Positions 56,734 through 64,000 of a stretch of DNA of 64,000 nt are shown piece by piece (the first letter of the stretch is position 1; each line of letters begins with the position of its first letter). A program made the position numbers and the translations under genes. The notes beneath the pieces were generated by a model, which was given only the letters and a program-made list of their open reading frames with translations, was not told where the DNA came from and did no database searches. The DNA comes from the human T2T-CHM13v2.0 reference genome, Homo sapiens: assembly GCF_009914755.1 (NCBI RefSeq), contig NC_060932.1. The stretch is one strand, 5' to 3'.

Positions 56734-57279
56734 CCTTGACCAGGACAGAAGCATTAGTTCATGGGAGAGCAGAATTTGGTTCCTGCAGAGTTTATCAATT
56801 CTTATAATTATCCAGAATGACTCATGTTGCGGCCAAACCAAGTGCCTTCTGCAAACGGGCCATCCAGACCAGGGTTGAGTCAGCTGCGTCAGTGGGAGCC
56901 ACACGGGGCTTGTGGCCATGGTCAAGGCAAATATGTAGGTTTGTGGTCAAGGCCTTCTAGCAGGCATGAGAAATATGGGGAAGTCATGGGAGCACTTCAT
57001 GCTTCAGAACTAAAGGGAGGGATTAGGAAGACAGAGCAGCAGAAGCAGGAGGTGAGCACTGGGGCATATGCAGTGCGTGTGGGTGTTTGGGGTGCTTGTT
57101 TCCATGTGGGCACTACTTCTATTGGAATGATAGTTCCACCTCTTTCCTTATGCCTTGCTCATCCCTTACTCTGTTATTTCTGCCACACCTACCGAAATCT
57201 GCTCTTATAGTACAAAAACAGCCTAGACTATATGTATATGAATGAGTATGGCTGTGTTCCAATAAAATTTTTATGGTAT

Positions 57280-58253
57280 TGTTTTAGTCCTTTCCAGCTG
57301 CTATAACAAAACACCATCAACTGAGTGACTTATAAACAACCAAAATGTACTGTACAGTTCTGGAGGCTGGGAAGCCCAAGGTCAAGGAACAAGCAGGTTC
57401 AGTGTCTGACGACGGCCTGCTTCCTGGTTCATAGATGGTTGGTTTTTTTTCTTGCTGTGTCCTCACATCATGGAACAGGAAAGGCAGCTCTCTGGGGCTT
57501 CTTTTATTTATTCATTTTGTTCGTTTTCCTTTTTAGAGATAGAGTCTTGTTCTTTCACCCAGGCTGGAGCACAGTGGTGTGATCATCACTCACTGTGGCC
57601 TTGAACTCCCAGGCTCAAGCAGTCCTCCTTCCTCAGCCTCCTGAGTAGCTGGGACTGCAGGTGTGCACCACCACACCTGGCTTGGGCCTTCTTTTATAAG
57701 GGCACTAATCTCATTTATGAGGGCTCCACTCTCATAACCTAATCATCTTCCAAAGACCCTACCTCTTAGTACCAACACAGAGGTGATTAGGTCTTCAACA
57801 TGTGAATTTTCAGGGATACAAATATTCAGACCTAGGCCCCAGGCAGCTTCTGAATTAGCAGCCTGCAACAGATTGGAATTCCTGGGGGACTTCACTTAAC
57901 CCTCAGTTCTCCCAAACCAGTTTTCAATGCACTGTTGCGTGGGGGCTCCTTGTTGCACCCAGCTGTGTGGCAGATGTGCTTTTTGTATCCTGGGAAGTAG
58001 CAGGAGGGTTTGGGGTAGGTCAAAAAGTTAAAATGTCAATGTTCTGAAGGGTGATGGGAATAGAAACTTGGTGATATGAAAGACGATTTGAATTTAGATT
58101 CTTAAAAAAAGAATAAAAGCATTCTTTTATATATCTGCAATAGATAACAATTAAATAAGTCACACATGAATCATCAAAATTAGAGTGAGGGCAACGACCT
58201 CTGGGGCTTGAAAGGTGGCCATAACCTTCCATTATCCATTCATTACCATAGCA
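57280..58253 (-). mobile_element. MLT1A0-like LTR containing an Alu monomer (about 57505-57683) and the templated insertion
   Basis: tgttttagtcc...aatattcagac [insert] accatagca; 5-bp TSD ggta(t/c). Confidence 0.85.
57830..58238 (+). repeat. Composite copy of segments A and B
   Basis: Direct match to 54812-55182 followed by 56692-56733. Confidence 0.95.
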
Positions 58254-59112
58254 GGTACTGAAATTTGAATTTTATATAATTTTCACTTGTCACAAAATAG
58301 TCTTCTTGTGGATTTTTTCAACCATTATAAACATATAAAAACCAATCTTAATTCATAGCTGTACAAAAACAGGTGGTAGGCTGGGTTTGGCCACAGGCTG
58401 TAGTTTGCTAACCCTTGATTTAGGCAATAGTCAGGTCGCCTCTAGCTAGAAAACTTCTTAGATCATTGATCTCATCAAATACGTATTGGTTTTAAATGTA
58501 ATTATTAGGAACAAACTTATTTTCAATTGGTAAGGTGTATTACACTTTGTTGTCTCTCTTTTCCATGCCTCCTTCCCACTATGTAATAGCTATACCTATC
58601 TTGTAGTCCTATATACCTTATATGTGAGGGCTAAATGACATAACATAGTGCCTGGTGCCTAGTCATATGAGTTTTCACTTCCCTTTTCTTCTAAGGTTTT
58701 GCTTGGAATCTGCCATCAGCAATGCCGAGGCCTGGCCTTGGTGGAAATGGAGGTGCTGCTTAACTTTTCTTCCAAAACATAGTACAACCCTAGTCATCCT
58801 GGTGAGTAACAAGATTGCTCCATAATCCAACCCAGTGAGTAATCCCTTTTGCTGATGGTGAGTGGTATGGAGAGAAAAACATGAAAGTGCACTGTGGAAA
58901 TAATGCCAGTAGCTCCCACCAGAAATCCCTTAGGCTGTGCCTATTAGAGCTAGGGTACACATCTAGAAAATGCCCCTTTCTTTATCAGTACCCAACATAT
59001 AGGACCTGTTAACCCTGCTCATGCTTTATGTACACATTGAATGTTTATCTGGCTCTTGATGCCATCTCAAGAAAGAGACTCAACACCACAAAATACTTAA
59101 GAGAAATGTATA

Positions 59113-59473
59113 TGATATGGTTTGGCTGTGTCACCATCCAAATCTCATCTTGAATTGTAGCTCCCACAATTCCCACGTGTTGTGGGAGGGACTTGGTAGG
59201 AGATAATTGAATCTTGGGGGCAGTTCCCCCATACTGTTCTCATGGTAGTGAATAAGTCTCATGAGACCTGATGATTTTGTAAGGGGTTTCCCCTTTCGCT
59301 TGGTCCTCATTCTGTCTTGCCTGCTGCCATGTAAGACGTGCCTTTCGCCTTCTGCCTTGATTGTGAGGCCTCTCCAGCTAGATGGAACTGTGAGTCCATT
59401 AAACCTCTTTTTCTTTATAAATTACCCAGTCTCAGGTATGTCTTTATTAGCAGTGTGAGAACAGACTAATACA
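59113..59473 (+). mobile_element. THE1 (MaLR) solo LTR
   Basis: tgatatggtttggctgtgtc...aaatctcatcttgaattgtagctccc...gcagtgtgagaacagactaataca. Confidence 0.92.
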
Positions 59474-59689
59474 ATATATTTTACTGAAGATATTGTGAAC
59501 ATCAACAGGAAGAATCCACAATGCATTTCACGCTGCAAAAATACAGTAAAACACCCCTATTACACATATTTCTTGATTTTCAAAAAGCATTTTTCTTTAC
59601 CAGCTTTCTTATCTCCCTTTCTTTTCTTGCTTCAAAACACTCTATTCTCTGAGCAATTCAGCTCAGTGTTTCTTGTTCTAACAGAGCAT

Positions 59690-60800
59690 TCTGCAAGGAT
59701 CATGTTCCTTCTTCCACATATTCATCCTTTAGATGTTTCTTTCATGAGAAGCTATGAGTGGTAAACTGTCTTGGTTATTGTTTCACCAAAATGTTTTTAT
59801 TTTGCTATCATTCTTGAAAGGTAACATTTCTGAGGACACAGTTCCAGATTGACAATTATTTTTTTCAGCCTTTGATGACATGATTCCATTGTCTTTGTGC
59901 TTTGTTATTTCTGACAGAGGTCTGCTGTCAGACTATAGTCATTTTGTAGTAGATGAGCTATCTTTCATTTCATGTGACTTAAACCATTTTCTCTTTTGCT
60001 TTGGTGTTTTACAGTTTCACCTGATGTGCCTAGTGTGTGTGACTATTATTATTATTATTATTATCATTTTTTGAGATAGGGTCTCACTCTGTCACTCAGG
60101 CTGGAGTGCAGTGGCATGATCTAGGTTCACTGCAGTCTTGACCTCCTGGGCTCTAGTGATCCTCCCACCTTGAGACCCTGAGTATTTGGGACCACAGGCA
60201 CATGCCATCACACCTGGCTAATTTTTAAATTTTTTTGTAGAGCTGAGATCTCATTATGTTGCCCAGGCTGATCGCAAACTCCTGAGCTCAAGCAATCCTC
60301 CTGCCTCAGCCTCCCAAAGTGCTGACATTACAGGTGTGAGCTGAGGTGCGTAGCTATATTTGGAAATTTGTCCTGCATTATTCTTCCTGTCTCTGAGGAT
60401 TCATGTCATTCATTAGTTCTAGAATTTCCTTAGCCACTTTCTTTTTGGAATGTCTCTCCCATTGTTTCTATTCTTTCTTCTGGGACTCCGGGTGTATGTT
60501 AGAACTTCTCATTCCTCCCTTTTTCTTACTCATTGTATTCTCTCATCTTTTTCTTGCTGCATTCTGAGTGTTTTCTTAAGATCTGTCTTCAGTTCACAAA
60601 TTCTTTAGTCATTCATGTTTATTTTGCTGCTTCACTTATCTATTAGTTTATTTATCTTTGCATTCATTCATCTATGTATCTTTCATCTACACATGTACAC
60701 GCATATATATGTAGTTTAATGCATGTTATTTTAATTAGATATAGTTTTATTTCTATAAATTCTATTTGGTTCTTTGTTAAATCTGATCATTTTTGATAGT
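59690..60800 (-). mobile_element. Old L1M fragment interrupted by AluJ (about 60044-60355)
   Basis: T-rich degenerate antisense L1 (tcattcttgaaagg...ttccattgtctt...gtttcacctgatgtgcctag). Confidence 0.65.
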
Positions 60801-61095
60801 CCTCTTTTTCTTATTAATTTCTTTCTATCATCTTTTATTTCTTTTAATATCTCTCTCATATATATAACCATAATAAAAACATAAACATATATATACAAAT
60901 ATATATATACAGATATACACATAAATATATATATACACAAATATATATACATATATTTGTGTTTTTATTATGGTAAAATATATATTTATATTTATGCTTA
61001 TATTTATAAATGTTGAAAGAAATAAAAAGTGATAGAAAAAAATTGATACAAAAATACACAAGTATATTTGTGTTTTTATTATGGTAAAATATATA

Positions 61096-61462
61096 TGCTA
61101 TGGTTTGACTGTCTCCACCAAAACTCGGGTTGAAGTTTAATTGCCATTGTAACAGCATTAAGAGATAGGGCCTTTAAGAGGTGTTAGGTTATGATGGCTC
61201 TCTCTCATGAAGAGGATTAATGCCATTATTGTGAGAGGAGGTTAGTTATGGAAGGAGTGGGTTTCTGTTAAAAAGAAATTTGGCCTGATTGGTCTCCGTC
61301 TTGTGTGCTTGCTTCTGCCTTTTTCCATGGGATGACCCTTGCCAAATGCCAGTGCTATGCTCTTGGACTTCCCAACCCCCAGACTGTGAGCCAAATAACT
61401 TTAAAAACCAAATTACCCGGTCCATGATATTCTGTTAGAGGAGCAGATAACAAACTAAGACA
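61096..61462 (+). mobile_element. MSTB-like MaLR solo LTR
   Basis: tgctatggtttgactgtctccaccaaaactc...gctcttggacttccc...aaactaagaca. Confidence 0.85.
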
Positions 61463-62104
61463 ATACATAACATAAAATTTAATATGTTAGCCTTTAAGTA
61501 TATAATTCAGTGGCATTAATTACCTTCACATCATATATAGTTATATTCTATATCTGATAATTCTAATATTTGAAGTTGTTGGAGTTTCAATCATACTTGC
61601 TGTTTCTGTTGACTTCCACTTATAGTCATTGGCTGTCTTGAGGTTTGGTAAAATTTTTCTCTTTTTAAAACATATTTAATTGAACTTAAACTGTTGGGAA
61701 TCCTCATGTAACTGTGTAATGAATGCTTTGTTCTGGAGATGTGCACTTCCCTCTGCCAGACATTTATTTTCTGTGTTTGGAGTTTTCAAGATTCACTGGG
61801 CAGTAAAAATTTGAACCTGAGACCTATGTAAAAATTGTAACTAGCAGTCTCATAGTTAAAACTTTTCAGGGGAGACCATCATTATTGTTTTTATTATTAT
61901 TATTACTATTACTATTATTAATAATATTTTTTACTTGAAGCTGTGGTGAAGGTAGATTTCCCTCTGGATTGTTTTACCAACAGTTTTTTTTTTTTTTTCT
62001 AGTCCACTTTTTCCCTGGAGGGTGTGTCCCTTTGAAGATCTAAACTATATGTGAGTCTCGGGTTTCTCGTTTTCTTTGTACAGGCCCAAAAGACTTCATT
62101 TCCC

Positions 62105-62320
62105 TGAACAACTATTAAAAGTTTTCAGAACGGGTAAGGTGGTAAATATTTTAGGCCTGTGAGCCATATGGTCTCTGCTGCAACTACTTAACTCTGCTGT
62201 TGCAGCACAAAAGCAGTCACTGACCATACATAGATGAATGGGCATGGCTATGTGCCAATAAAACTTTATTTACAAAAACAGGTGGTTGGCCTGTGTGCTG
62301 TAGCTTGCCAACACTGCTCT
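62105..62320 (+). mobile_element. MER58A
   Basis: gtaaatattttaggcc...gcaactacttaactctgc...gtgccaataaaactttatttacaaaaacagg. Confidence 0.82.
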
Positions 62321-62813
62321 AGAATCCTGATATTGCCTTTGTTTCCTAACTAGCCCTGACTCCTGATTTTCTTACTTTTTTGCTCATGGCTTATTTTGTT
62401 TTGTCTTACTTTATGTTTCTGGGGATTTCCCTTATTATCTTGAGAGTTAACCAATTCACTTAATATTGCAATGTATCCAGCATTTTAATGCTTTGCAAGG
62501 GAGGGATTTTAAAAACAAATAGTTCTACTAGCAAAACCCAACAATTTCTCTCTTTCTTTTGGCTTACATACCCTCTTAGCTAAACAAAACCTAACAATTA
62601 GCTAAATGACAACCATCTGTTTTTCTTTAAGCATCTTCTCTAGTCCTTTAGCATCCTGTCACACCAATTTATAGCTACTCTTCTCTCTGAGAGCTTATGG
62701 TCTCAGGGTAGCAAGATTTCAGAATAGAGATACTAAGATTCTGACCTCCCTTCTGTCATCTCAGAGGATACATAGAAGAGACTTGGGTATTGTGTGTGAA
62801 TGTGGCCATCTGA

Positions 62814-63593
<780 letters not shown>

Positions 63594-64000
63594 CCACGAA
63601 TAAAATTATAAAAATATTAGATAATGAGAGTGTTATGTTGAAGATGAAAGAAGTTGTTTTAATAGGGAATGACAAACAGGTTTTTTTTTTTTTTATTGTT
63701 GTTGTTTTAGATGGATAGAGGGCTGGATGAGGAGGCAACATTTAAACCTGACTTGAATGATATAAAGGAACAAGCTATGGAAAGATCTGAGGCAGGGGAG
63801 GGGAACATTTTTGGTATTTTCAGAAGTCAGAGAGAATGTGAGTGTGGCTGAGATACGGCATAGCAAAATTGAAACGAAAAGGTCTCAACGAAAAAAGAAA
63901 ATGAGAATCTGAGAAACAGTGGGACTAGCCTAGGAGTGCAATGAAAAGGAGCCCGGGGATGACAGCTGTGCAGCAGTCTTAGGAAACAATTGGTCCAAAT

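Larger units (their letters stand above)
57205..58418 (+). mobile_element. MER58B host element split by MLT1A0
   Basis: atgaatgagtatggctgtgttccaataaaatttttatgg ... actgaaatttgaatttt...ggccacaggctgtagtttgctaacccttg. Confidence 0.8.

Overview
Primate (almost certainly human) intergenic DNA with no intact protein-coding gene that I can support. The landmarks are two processed pseudogenes: an IFITM3-like retrocopy (about 11805-12385, +) and a full-length NASP retrocopy (about 42693-45737, -). There are also two CpG islands (about 15.55-16.24 kb and 27.6-29.2 kb) and dense Alu, L1, L2, MIR, MaLR/ERV-LTR and hAT repeats. From recall, not a database search, this pseudogene pair matches IFITM8P and NASPP1 on chr8q12, distal to CHD7. 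I found no new multi-gene system. The most interesting signals record how this DNA was written: (1) a roughly 410-bp insertion stitched from two nearby templates with microhomology junctions; (2) a small L1 carrying a 64-bp 3' transduction; (3) a NASP retrocopy of an exon-skipped, long-3'UTR isoform; (4) a multi-layer Alu/L1 nest containing an inverted L1. Repeat subfamily calls and most repeat boundaries are by eye and approximate.
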